From: an uncultured virus (IMG/VR IMGVR_UViG_3300042908_000623)
Taxonomy: Duplodnaviria > Heunggongvirae > Uroviricota > Caudoviricetes
Direction: 5' to 3' (one strand)
IMG/VR virus record: IMGVR_UViG_3300042908_000623
DNA length: 64,000 bases
Positions 15,431 to 24,104 of the stretch are shown here, in pieces. The translations under genes were made by a program, and so were the position numbers. Numbering within the stretch: position 1 is the stretch's first letter; each line of letters begins with the position of its first letter. The notes beneath the pieces are model-generated. The model was given only the letters and a program-made list of their open reading frames with translations. It was not told the origin of the DNA and searched no databases.

Positions 15431-16423
15431 ATGAGCACAGCAATCACACGCATCCAGACAGTGGACGATCTTGGCCAGCTAGGCCAGATCTTCGTCAAAT
15501 CTGGGTTTTTCGCCGACACCCGCGACGCCGCTCAGGCTATCGTCAAAGTCATGGCAGGGCAGGAGCTTGGATTCGCGCCGATCGCATCAATGACTGGCGT
15601 ATACATCGTCAAGGGCAAGGTATCGCTCTCGGCAAATCTCATCGCCGCTGCAATCAAACGCAGTGGCCGCTACAACTTTCGCGTCCGCAAGCACGACGCG
15701 ACGGTATGCGAAGTTGAGTTCTTCGAGTGTGACAAGCTCGGCAACAAAGAGTCTATCGGCTTTTCGTCCTTCTCAATTGAGGAAGCGCGAGCGGCCAAAC
15801 TGACGGATAGCGCAACTTGGAAGAGCTTCCCCCGGAATATGCTTTATGCCAGAGCCATCAGCAACGGCGCAAAGTGGCATTGTCCGGATGTGTTCGGCGG
15901 CCCGATATACACGCCGGATGAGCTTGGAGCAACCGTCGATGGCGAGACCGGCGAAATGATCGACGTGACGCCCTCAGCCGTCGCAGTTCCTGCAATACCA
16001 GCACCCGCACCAAAAAAAGCACCACGCGCCATTGCTGAGGCTCCTGCGCCTATTGTGGGCCAGTCCGGATTCACCCAAAAACAGCTGAGGTCAGTAATCG
16101 ACACAGTTGGCGAGGCTCTCGGGGAGACCGCAGTTGACACCGGACTAATCGAGCAGCTTTCGCAGATCCTCGACGGCCTGGCGGGATACGGTGTCGCTGA
16201 CGCGCTGATTCTGCAAGGCATCGCGAATATGACCGGCCAGACTCTCACGGATCTATCGCACGACTCTATCGCGCTCCTTTCGCCGAAGGAGCAGGAGACG
16301 CTCATCGAACGGTACGGCAACCGCCTTGAGCAGCTCGAGGCAGAGCGCGCCGGGCAGCCTGACCGTCATGCATTCGACGAGCCTACCACTCCGGCTGACG
16401 ACATCGCCGGGCCGCAGTTCTAA
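15431..16423 (+). CDS. RecT/Red-beta-like single-strand annealing protein
   Basis: GQELGF.P......Y.VKGK, WKSFPRNML.ARA, PDVFGG..YTPDEL. Confidence 0.75.
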   Translation: MSTAITRIQTVDDLGQLGQIFVKSGFFADTRDAAQAIVKVMAGQELGFAPIASMTGVYIVKGKVSLSANLIAAAIKRSGRYNFRVRKHDATVCEVEFFECDKLGNKESIGFSSFSIEEARAAKLTDSATWKSFPRNMLYARAISNGAKWHCPDVFGGPIYTPDELGATVDGETGEMIDVTPSAVAVPAIPAPAPKKAPRAIAEAPAPIVGQSGFTQKQLRSVIDTVGEALGETAVDTGLIEQLSQILDGLAGYGVADALILQGIANMTGQTLTDLSHDSIALLSPKEQETLIERYGNRLEQLEAERAGQPDRHAFDEPTTPADDIAGPQF

Positions 16424-16425
16424 TC

Positions 16426-16692
16426 ATGACATTAACCACTCAACAGGCACACGCAATCTTTGGTCGGCACATTGCCAATGGGCGCGCAATCCAGCTGTCA
16501 TTGACCGCTGGTAGATCGATACAGGATGTCATTGCGGATCAGCGACTATATGTCGTGGCTGACCATAACGGCCTGATGGAGTGCGATTCGATCATCACAA
16601 AAACCGGCAACATGGGGCCATATTACCTGACATGGCTCGTGGCTCACGATGGTCGCGCGGTGCGCGTTCGCGCAGAAGACGTGATCGATTAA
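16426..16692 (+). CDS. Hypothetical protein
   Basis: Operon-coupled ORF. Confidence 0.55.
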   Translation: MTLTTQQAHAIFGRHIANGRAIQLSLTAGRSIQDVIADQRLYVVADHNGLMECDSIITKTGNMGPYYLTWLVAHDGRAVRVRAEDVID

Positions 16693-16735
16693 CAACTCAC
16701 TACCAGGGGAGGGTAACCTCCCCGAAAGGAACTAT

Positions 16736-17080
16736 ATGAGTCACTTAGTAGATTTTGTGAAATACGCGCAGTGTCGCGTTATCCTTGAGGCACTGACCCG
16801 CGCTGGCAACCGGCAAGCGCAGGTTGTACAGGACGCTATCGTCACCGACCGAGATGCCGAACGCGCAAAGTATTACGCAATGCTTGACGCCGTAAGTCAG
16901 GCTCAGCTGGCGTGTGATCGCGCACTGCTGGTGATCGCGCAAGCAGTCGCCACGGCTGATCAGTCGGTTAATGACGTAGTAAATATGCTGTACGGTGCTG
17001 GATTTGATTGGGCCGAAGATGCGCCCGTCGTCACAGATATTGTCCGCGAGCTGACCGCCATTGCACAGGAGGCGCGATGA
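16736..17080 (+). CDS. Hypothetical protein
   Basis: Hairpin GGGGAGG-GTAA-CCTCCCC plus RBS upstream. Confidence 0.6.
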   Translation: MSHLVDFVKYAQCRVILEALTRAGNRQAQVVQDAIVTDRDAERAKYYAMLDAVSQAQLACDRALLVIAQAVATADQSVNDVVNMLYGAGFDWAEDAPVVTDIVRELTAIAQEAR

Positions 17081-17658
17081 TATGCAGTGACAAATGGTGG
17101 CACAAGCACGGGCCGGACATCCTCGACGTCTTCCACGCTGGTCAGGTGCGCCAGTACCGCGGCTATCGCGTCATCAGCTATGGCACGTCGTCGGCAGGAT
17201 ATGACCTCTCACTGAGTGTGGCAGGTCTGCAGTTGTTTACGTCTGTCGATAGTGCGGTCATTGATCCGAAGCGTTTCGATGAGCGATGCCTGACGTCGAT
17301 AGAGGTAAAATACGACAATAACTCTGATGCCTACTACACGCTGCCACCGCACTCGTACGCACTCGGCGTGACCCACGAGCGCATCACGATGCCGGATAAT
17401 CACCTCGGGCTGGTGATTGGCAAGTCGACCTACGCGCGGTGTGGGCTCATCCTCAACACGACACCATTGGAACCGGGCTGGACTGGCCAGCTTGTGCTTG
17501 AGCTGAGCAACGCCACGCCGCTACCGATGCGTGTTTACGCCCACGAGGGAATCGGCCAGCTGGTTATGATCGCACTCGACGAGCGTCCTGCTGTCACGTA
17601 CGGTGACCGCAGCGGCAAATACCAGGATCAGCGCGGCATTGTGACCGCGAGAGTATAG
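17077..17658 (+). CDS. dcd: dCTP deaminase
   Basis: SYGTSSAGYDL, GKSTYARCG, TPLEPGW.GQLVLE.SN, YAHEGIGQ, GKYQDQ. Confidence 0.92.
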   Translation: MICSDKWWHKHGPDILDVFHAGQVRQYRGYRVISYGTSSAGYDLSLSVAGLQLFTSVDSAVIDPKRFDERCLTSIEVKYDNNSDAYYTLPPHSYALGVTHERITMPDNHLGLVIGKSTYARCGLILNTTPLEPGWTGQLVLELSNATPLPMRVYAHEGIGQLVMIALDERPAVTYGDRSGKYQDQRGIVTARV

Positions 17659-17666
17659 GGGGAGTG

Positions 17667-17837
17667 ATGGAGATACCGAAACTAAATGCTCAATTATTGA
17701 GCGCGTTGGAGTTGGCGTATTCTGAAATCTTCCGACTGATAACTACGTCGCGGATGATTCAGGAAACGCATACTCACGATTCTGGCGATGTCCTGAAAAC
17801 TATTGCCGCCGCAATCGCAGCTGCGAAGGGGGAATGA
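17667..17837 (+). CDS. Small hypothetical protein
   Basis: Manual translation; ends AAIAAAKGE like the next gene. Confidence 0.5.
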   Translation: MEIPKLNAQLLSALELAYSEIFRLITTSRMIQETHTHDSGDVLKTIAAAIAAAKGE

Positions 17838-18115
17838 TGACTGAGAAGTGGGAAGTGGTAAAACAACCATTTGAGCGCGAAATAGTGCGCACCGTTGAAT
17901 ATGGCGTCTTTGCGAAAAACGGAAAAGAGCTTGTGGCTAACGTCACGAGCCGCAAAGATGCGCGATTGATATCCGCATCGCCGCTGATGCTGGAGGCGTT
18001 GCAGCGATTGCTCTACCTCATTGAGCGCGATGACAGCGTGACTCACAATATCGAGTATGCGGATTCGACCATACTCGACCAAGCACGAGCTGCAATCGCA
18101 GCGGCGGAGGGGTAG
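17834..18115 (+). CDS. Hypothetical phage protein (ARLI.A.P..LEAL type)
   Basis: Common phage early-gene pattern DARLISASPLMLEAL...ARAAIAAAEG. Confidence 0.65.
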   Translation: MMTEKWEVVKQPFEREIVRTVEYGVFAKNGKELVANVTSRKDARLISASPLMLEALQRLLYLIERDDSVTHNIEYADSTILDQARAAIAAAEG

Positions 18116-18118
18116 TAA

Positions 18119-18307
18119 GTGACAGTAGCAGAACTCATCGAATGGCTGAAGACTCAAGACCAGGATGCCGTGGTGCATGTCGTATTTCACTCGCCGCGCT
18201 ACAGATACTACCTTCAAGGCGGCACTGCTACGATCGTGGCTTTTGACCCAGATAAACATGCAGATTACAGTGACAAAGAATTACTGCTCGGAGTGTATGA
18301 AAAGTAG
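18119..18307 (+). CDS. Hypothetical phage protein
   Basis: MTVAELIEWLK..DQDA.V pattern. Confidence 0.6.
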   Translation: MTVAELIEWLKTQDQDAVVHVVFHSPRYRYYLQGGTATIVAFDPDKHADYSDKELLLGVYEK

Positions 18308-18316
18308 TTCGCGCGC

Positions 18317-18372
18317 AATTAAACACGCTCGCAATTTCGTGTCTAATTCCGTGTTTCATTTCGTGTTTAATT
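18317..18372. repeat. Three tandem 12-bp repeats plus one inverted copy
   Basis: ATTTCGTGTCTA / ATTCCGTGTTTC / ATTTCGTGTTTA (18334-18369); AATTAAACACG at 18317 is inverted. Confidence 0.7.
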
Positions 18373-18420
18373 AACGGAGCCTCGAAAAGCGTTTCAGGCT
18401 CCACAAAATCAGGAGGAACA

Positions 18421-18726
18421 ATGAGAAATATAATTAAAAGTATTAAAAGTATGGAAGCTCAAGGACAAAGACAAATGATGGAGGGCACATTACTTCCACG
18501 TAACTTAAGTGACTGCACTGAAGCTAGCCTGACTGAACTAGGGTTTGAGCTGGGTGATGTCGTCGATGATCATTTCCGTAAGGGTCGCTTGCCATCTGGA
18601 TGGACAATGAAGCCAGACGGAGGGGCGTTTCACACTGAAATTATTGACGAGAGAGGCAATCATCGAGGGTACCTCTCGTATAAAGCCTCGCCTCGTGATC
18701 GATGGGCGCAATTGTCTGTAAAATAA
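18421..18726 (+). CDS. Hypothetical protein
   Basis: AGGAGG RBS, upstream hairpin, lower GC. Confidence 0.65.
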   Translation: MRNIIKSIKSMEAQGQRQMMEGTLLPRNLSDCTEASLTELGFELGDVVDDHFRKGRLPSGWTMKPDGGAFHTEIIDERGNHRGYLSYKASPRDRWAQLSVK

Positions 18727-18846
18727 CTCAGGAGGAGCGATGATGAGCAAACAGGAACACCCATTCCCAATTTTCCTTTTTTGCACAGGACTCGCGGTAC
18801 TCGTTTATTTTCTGGCTATCTGGTAGATAGCTACAACAGGAGGACT

Positions 18847-19311
18847 ATGAAAGCAATACTCGCAACGATACTCGGGATAGTCGCACTGGCTATTCCCGCC
18901 CACGCTCAGTCATTCGACGCACCTGGAGGGCCGGTGTGCGTCTATCGGCCGGAAACGATCACCACGCAGCACCCACTGCGTCGATCCGTAATCGTCCAGG
19001 GCAGAGCATACGGATACCTCCAGCCTGTCGATGCCGTGCAGTACCTGCGCGTTGTTGGCGGATCGCGTGATGCGTTTTTCCAGCACGAGTCCGCATCGGC
19101 TGCGGTGCAATACTCGATTGCCGGATCATCGATCATCGGTGACATCCGGCTTGCAGCGTGGCACGATGGCGCGCCGAATATGACGTTAGGTGGACTCGTG
19201 CGCGCGTACTCAATCAGCGGCAACCCGCAGCAGCGCGCGTATTTCGGACTGTGGCTCGTGCGCGTCGTCGAGTCGGCTTTCAACGATGGCTGCAATGGAG
19301 GTGCAAGATGA
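18847..19311 (+). CDS. Secreted protein with signal peptide
   Basis: MKAILATILGIVALAIPAHA signal with AxA cleavage site. Confidence 0.65.
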   Translation: MKAILATILGIVALAIPAHAQSFDAPGGPVCVYRPETITTQHPLRRSVIVQGRAYGYLQPVDAVQYLRVVGGSRDAFFQHESASAAVQYSIAGSSIIGDIRLAAWHDGAPNMTLGGLVRAYSISGNPQQRAYFGLWLVRVVESAFNDGCNGGAR

Positions 19312-19490
19312 TTATCGTCGGTGGATTTATCGTTGCGCTTCTGTGGATATGGTGGACGAGTGACGACGGCTGCGATGACGGCGGAGGATTCTGAGGATAA
19401 GCGCGTGGCCAGTTTGGCCATACTAACCCATAGGATGGCTCGCAATAATCGATTGCAAGCCATCCTGACGACAAGAAAACAGGAAGCACA

Positions 19491-19820
19491 ATGACTATCA
19501 GGATCACAATGCAAACAACCACAACTTACACGCTCGATCCGGTGCGCGATCTCACCGAATCCGGCACTGCGTACGAACTTCGGTTTCACTTCGATGCGTG
19601 GGCAACGTCGCCAGACACATCTACAAGCTCTTCAGTGACCGTCACCATTCCATCATTCTACGTGGGCAAGTACGACCTCGACGAATATCGAGACGTGGCG
19701 CAAATCATCAGGCTGTTAGAAAGTAACGGAGTATCCCGTGACGCGACGGATAACGATACGCGCCTGATGCTCACCAAGGCAATCGACCGCTTGCGCAAAA
19801 AGGACGAGGACTTCGAATGA
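19491..19820 (+). CDS. Hypothetical protein
   Basis: RBS; coupled to the next ORF. Confidence 0.55.
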   Translation: MTIRITMQTTTTYTLDPVRDLTESGTAYELRFHFDAWATSPDTSTSSSVTVTIPSFYVGKYDLDEYRDVAQIIRLLESNGVSRDATDNDTRLMLTKAIDRLRKKDEDFE

Positions 19821-20032
19821 CCCAAGCCGACATAGACGAGATCGACCGCCGAATAAGTAACGCATTTTTGGCTTTGCGCGGCCATGCGTTCGAGCGTGAC
19901 GTGACATGGATAAACCATCCAGTCACGCAATCAAAAGAACCGCATATTGACGAGATCTTGACGCCCATAGTCGAGGCAATGAAAGCAGAGCTGGTCAAGA
20001 TCGCAGAATCAAATGGAGGTAAACGTGAGTAA
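19817..20032 (+). CDS. Hypothetical protein
   Basis: ATGA overlap. Confidence 0.55.
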   Translation: MTQADIDEIDRRISNAFLALRGHAFERDVTWINHPVTQSKEPHIDEILTPIVEAMKAELVKIAESNGGKRE

Positions 20033-20639
20033 CAAGCTGATATTCTTTGAAGGGCCGGATGGCGTCGGCAAGACTCGGGTACTGACAGATATAACAGTCA
20101 GAGAAGATGGCGCACTATTTGACCGTGATACTCAGGAGCCGTGGAATCACGCGATATTGGATCTGGCCGTAGACGCCGATCCGACAACTCAGGCACTGCT
20201 CTTTATCGCTGATCGATCGCTGCATATGCGCCATGTTGCCGAATGGCTCGAAGACGACCACATCATCTGCGACCGTGGGCCGCTGTCAACGCTGGTCTAC
20301 CAGGGAAGCGCGAAGGGTATGTCTGGCAACGTCGATCTTGACTGGCTGATCGAGCTGAACGACGTGGCGATGAACAGCGTATCAGTGTCACACACGATCA
20401 TATTCTACGCGCCTTTTGACACGATCTGTCGGCGCATCGAGGGTCGCGAGAAGCGATCAATGACGCAGCGCGAACGCGAAGAACTGTTTCGCGCGTGGGG
20501 AGCGTATGAGGCTATCCGACGCGATCCGGCAAAGTACACGCATTCGTGGACAGGTGAGCTGATGTTCATCGATGCCGATCGACCATACGACGTTGTATAT
20601 GCGGATGTCGAGAAGACAGTTATGGATATCTTGACATGA
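20025..20639 (+). CDS. tmk: Thymidylate kinase
   Basis: FEGPDGVGKT P-loop, LLFIADR, ICDR..S.LVYQG. Confidence 0.9.
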   Translation: MSNKLIFFEGPDGVGKTRVLTDITVREDGALFDRDTQEPWNHAILDLAVDADPTTQALLFIADRSLHMRHVAEWLEDDHIICDRGPLSTLVYQGSAKGMSGNVDLDWLIELNDVAMNSVSVSHTIIFYAPFDTICRRIEGREKRSMTQREREELFRAWGAYEAIRRDPAKYTHSWTGELMFIDADRPYDVVYADVEKTVMDILT

Positions 20640-21175
20640 TCAACGCTCACCCAAAACAGATCACTGCTAAGATCGATATAGTAGATCTTGGTTTTACTAC
20701 TCACTGCTGGTCTTGGACTGGAGCCTTGAATGAGTACGGATACGGTCGAACAGGTGGGACAATCGACACGTACGCCCACCGACTGTCTTACAAGATATTC
20801 ATCGGTGCAATCGGCAAGGATCTTCACATTGACCATTTATGCCGAAACCGTCGATGCGTCAACCCGCTACATTTAGAGGCTGTGACAAGATCCGAGAACT
20901 TAAAGCGACGTGTTAATCATTACGCAAATCGAACGCACTGCAAGAACGGTCACGATTTAACGGAAGAAAACACGCACGTTACCAAGACGGGCAAAAGTTG
21001 CAAGAAGTGTCGATACCAGGGGCTGGTGAGATGGCGCAACAATCATTCTGATATAGCTCGACAGCGAAACACCGAAGCCAAGCGCAAATGGCGCAAATCG
21101 CGAAGAGAACTTAAAGAATGTCGAGCAACTAATCAGACGGATGCAGTCGTCACCGAAAATCTAAAAGGGAACTGA
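20636..21175 (+). CDS. HNH homing-type endonuclease
   Basis: CWSWTG, AHRLSY, IDHLCRNRRCVNPLHLE, HCKNGH. Confidence 0.9.
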   Translation: MINAHPKQITAKIDIVDLGFTTHCWSWTGALNEYGYGRTGGTIDTYAHRLSYKIFIGAIGKDLHIDHLCRNRRCVNPLHLEAVTRSENLKRRVNHYANRTHCKNGHDLTEENTHVTKTGKSCKKCRYQGLVRWRNNHSDIARQRNTEAKRKWRKSRRELKECRATNQTDAVVTENLKGN

Positions 21176-21178
21176 GCT

Positions 21179-22066
21179 ATGTCGAATATCCAAAGATACG
21201 AACCAGAACAGCCACGGCAGCTCATCCGCAATGCGGGTGATATGTCCGTAGCTGATGCCGCGAATGACGATCAGGTCATCGCGCTATGGTTGGCGACGAA
21301 GCGCAACACAAAGACCGTGTACCAGTATCAGCTATCAGTGCGTCGCCTCTTCGAGGTGACTGGTCGTCAGATCTGCGAGATGACGCTAAATGACCTGCTG
21401 ATATTCACCGACTCGCTTTCGTCGATGCGTCCGGCAACTCAGGCGCAGCGGATAGCATCGGTCAAGTCGCTGTACAGCTTCTGCCACAAGATCGGATACG
21501 TTCGCGTCAACGTGGCGGCATTGCTCAGAGCACCTCAGAGCAAGGACACTCTCAACGAACGCATCCTGACCGAAGAGGAGGTGCTGAGGCTTACGATGGC
21601 GGCTTGGAGTCCTCGCGACAAGGCACTCATCCGTATGCTGTATCGTACGGCCGGCCGAATATCGGAGGTCGTGACCATCACCTGGGCGGATCTGGTCGTC
21701 AAGCCTGAGCAAGGTCAGGTCACGCTATTCGGCAAAGGCGGCAAGACGCGAGTGGTGCAGATACCATTAACGCTTGTGTCAGCGTTGCAGGATATTCGTG
21801 ACGGGGCAGAGAATAGCGAGCGTATCTTTCCGATCACTCGTCAGAGGGCGTGGAGTATCGTCAAGGCCACGGCGAAGCGCGCAGGCATCACGGACAAGCT
21901 CTCGCCGCACTGGTTCAGGCATAGCCACGCCACACACTCACTCGACCACGGCGCGCCGCTGAAGCTGGTCAGCTCAACGCTGGGTCATTCGTCGATCTCA
22001 ATCACCGATCGATATTTGCACAATAGGCCGGACGAGTCGTCCGGTGATTTTCTTAAAGTTGGTTAA
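21179..22066 (+). CDS. Tyrosine recombinase (XerC/D-like)
   Basis: RISE, GKGGK, HWFRH, LGH, TDRY catalytic set. Confidence 0.92.
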   Translation: MSNIQRYEPEQPRQLIRNAGDMSVADAANDDQVIALWLATKRNTKTVYQYQLSVRRLFEVTGRQICEMTLNDLLIFTDSLSSMRPATQAQRIASVKSLYSFCHKIGYVRVNVAALLRAPQSKDTLNERILTEEEVLRLTMAAWSPRDKALIRMLYRTAGRISEVVTITWADLVVKPEQGQVTLFGKGGKTRVVQIPLTLVSALQDIRDGAENSERIFPITRQRAWSIVKATAKRAGITDKLSPHWFRHSHATHSLDHGAPLKLVSSTLGHSSISITDRYLHNRPDESSGDFLKVG

Positions 22067-22088
22067 ACCACAGAAGGAACTTTCGAAT

Positions 22089-23024
22089 ATGAATAACGGA
22101 TTAGACAAGAACATTGACCTCTCAACTTCGACCACTGCTCATACTCAGCCCAAGATGGAATGGCTTCGAGTGACGCCTCAGATGGCTGAGGAATGGTTAA
22201 AGCTGAACACAGAGAACCGCCCAGTCAAGTCAAGTCAGGTAGCATACTTGCAACGCGAAATCACATCAGGTCGATTTATTGGCACTGGGTCGCCGATTAT
22301 TTTTGTAGGTAAAACATTGGTTGATGGTCAGCATCGCCTGATGGCTATTGTACGGGCTGACAAGGCCGTTGATATGATGGTAGTACGTCACCCTGTCAAC
22401 GCGCAGACGAAGCAGATTTTTCACGTCATCGACACTGGAGTTAAACGCAGCTTTGCGGACTTGCTGTCTTTAAAAGGAGAGAAAAATGTGACTCAGTTAA
22501 GCGCTATATTAAAGGTGCTTGAGATCTATCATACTGCCAAAGATCTGTCAGATGGTCGATTTATACCTTATACTTTTCTTAGTCGACAATTAGTTATGCA
22601 TCGTCTTACCGCCCAAGAACAGCGTGGATCATCGAAACTATCTCGCAAGCAAGAATTGAACTGGCTTGATAAATACTCAGACGCTCGTGAATCCGCGGCG
22701 TTTTGTAAGCGTTACCCTTCAGCCAAATTCATAACGCCTGCATCACTGGGAGTTCTGCATTACGTCCTGACAGAAATTGACGCGTCATTTGCTCAAGAGT
22801 TCCTCGTGACTTTAATGGAAGGTGGCGCACCTCGTGAAAGCCCGATTCATTTAGTTCGAGAGACGTTGATTAGACAGCATTCAAGCTCAGCGTCAGATCA
22901 AAAGAGTATCGCCTTTGCATATGTAGCTTTGCTTGTCTTTTCTGCCTGGAATGCGACAAGGGCCGGCAATACGTTAAAGAGGAAAGATATCGAAGCAGGG
23001 AAGCCGATTCCCTTGCCGATGTAA
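22089..23024 (+). CDS. ParB/Srx-like N-terminal domain protein
   Basis: VTP.MA.EWL..N..NR, LVDGQHRLMAI, IDTG..RS; lower GC. Confidence 0.7.
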   Translation: MNNGLDKNIDLSTSTTAHTQPKMEWLRVTPQMAEEWLKLNTENRPVKSSQVAYLQREITSGRFIGTGSPIIFVGKTLVDGQHRLMAIVRADKAVDMMVVRHPVNAQTKQIFHVIDTGVKRSFADLLSLKGEKNVTQLSAILKVLEIYHTAKDLSDGRFIPYTFLSRQLVMHRLTAQEQRGSSKLSRKQELNWLDKYSDARESAAFCKRYPSAKFITPASLGVLHYVLTEIDASFAQEFLVTLMEGGAPRESPIHLVRETLIRQHSSSASDQKSIAFAYVALLVFSAWNATRAGNTLKRKDIEAGKPIPLPM

Positions 23025-23029
23025 TTGGA

Positions 23030-23064
23030 TGGCCAGCTTGATACGATTCAGGCTGGCCGTTTCT
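23030..23064 (+). terminator. Probable intrinsic terminator
   Basis: GGCCAGCTTG/CAGGCTGGCC stem plus GTTTCT. Confidence 0.5.
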
Positions 23065-23095
23065 ACAGACTCATCGAATCAGGAGACGTGACGCA

Positions 23096-23293
23096 ATGGC
23101 AACGATCGAAGAGGAAGCGGCAAAGCGAATGGCACTAGCCAAGAAGCTCAACCCGTGGATGGCGATTGACTATCTTGAAAGCGTGGTTGAGATGCAAGCG
23201 GCAGATATCGCAGCGTTGAAGTCGCGGATCGCTGAACTTGAGCGAGAGCTTACGAACTGGCCGATTGAGTATGAAAACGAAAGGACGAGGTAG
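23096..23293 (+). CDS. Small coiled-coil protein
   Basis: Paralogue of 50099-50257 (RIAELERELT.WPIEYE). Confidence 0.7.
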   Translation: MATIEEEAAKRMALAKKLNPWMAIDYLESVVEMQAADIAALKSRIAELERELTNWPIEYENERTR

Positions 23294-23294
23294 T

Positions 23295-23594
23295 ATGGCA
23301 AGGAAAACAAAAAAAACGAAGAGACCGTGCACGGCTGGCCCATACGTTGTTCGACCGAGAGGTTGGGGCACTGCTATCGAAGGGCCGAAGGGAGAGCCGA
23401 TCGGATGGTGCGGCGACAACTACAGCTCGATGGGTGGAAGCGTGCCACACTTGGAGAACGCGACACTCTTTGCGTCGTCGTACGAGCTTCACTGTTTGCT
23501 GACTGAGGCATTAGCAAGCAATGCTATCAAAGATGAGATCTGGATAAGCAAAGCCCGTGAGGTGCTGAGCAGATCCAATGTGTCATCGAAATAA
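23295..23594 (+). CDS. Hypothetical phage protein
   Basis: GAGG RBS; T.GPY...ENATL.A pattern. Confidence 0.55.
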   Translation: MARKTKKTKRPCTAGPYVVRPRGWGTAIEGPKGEPIGWCGDNYSSMGGSVPHLENATLFASSYELHCLLTEALASNAIKDEIWISKAREVLSRSNVSSK

Positions 23595-23605
23595 GGACAA
23601 TCAAA

Positions 23606-23998
23606 ATGGGACGACCGCGAAAGATGCCGACAAAGGCAAACATTCTTGACTACTGGCAAAACTGTCAAAAAATGTGGGATGCTCCTAAATCAATCAACAT
23701 ATGCATGGCGTGCGGTTTTGATGGCTTGATCAGTAGGTGTCACGTTCAATCAGTTGCGGATGGGGGAAGTGATGATCTGAGCAACATCGTCCTGCTATGT
23801 CGCAGTTGTCATTACAGACAAGAGTCCGTATGCGTCACCGAATACGGGCGAGCTTCATTTATGAGTTCGTTGATGGACGGTGCGCCATACATGGTAGCGC
23901 GAGCAACAGAGTTGATGACAAGCGCGAAGATGATGGGATACGTGGATGAGTCAGTCCAGCCCACGCCAAGCGGGATAGCTTTACTAAGCCATCTCTAA
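23606..23998 (+). CDS. HNH endonuclease
   Basis: CMACG...RCHV....GG.DD.SN..LLC..CH. Confidence 0.8.
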   Translation: MGRPRKMPTKANILDYWQNCQKMWDAPKSINICMACGFDGLISRCHVQSVADGGSDDLSNIVLLCRSCHYRQESVCVTEYGRASFMSSLMDGAPYMVARATELMTSAKMMGYVDESVQPTPSGIALLSHL

Positions 23999-24012
23999 AC
24001 TAAAATAACTTA

Positions 24013-24040
24013 GTATTACTAAACCACTATTTAGTAAATA
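24013..24040. promoter_or_regulatory. AT-rich inverted repeat (operator or recombination site)
   Basis: TTACTAAA-CCACTA-TTTAGTAA within an AT-rich gap upstream of cas6e. Confidence 0.45.
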
Positions 24041-24104
24041 GGAAAATAGCAGTAATGCAGTAAAATCAGGCCTTCCAGCCTCTCACACAGAAAGGATCAC
24101 CACA

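Noticed and set aside
3322..20639. DNA hypermodification pathway built from thyX, dcd and tmk
   Set aside because: All three look canonical and fit ordinary dTTP supply; no base-modifying enzymes or phage polymerase seen.
21179..22066. Integron or shufflon associated with the tyrosine recombinase
   Set aside because: No attC-like or inversion repeats and no IntI-specific insertion recognised.
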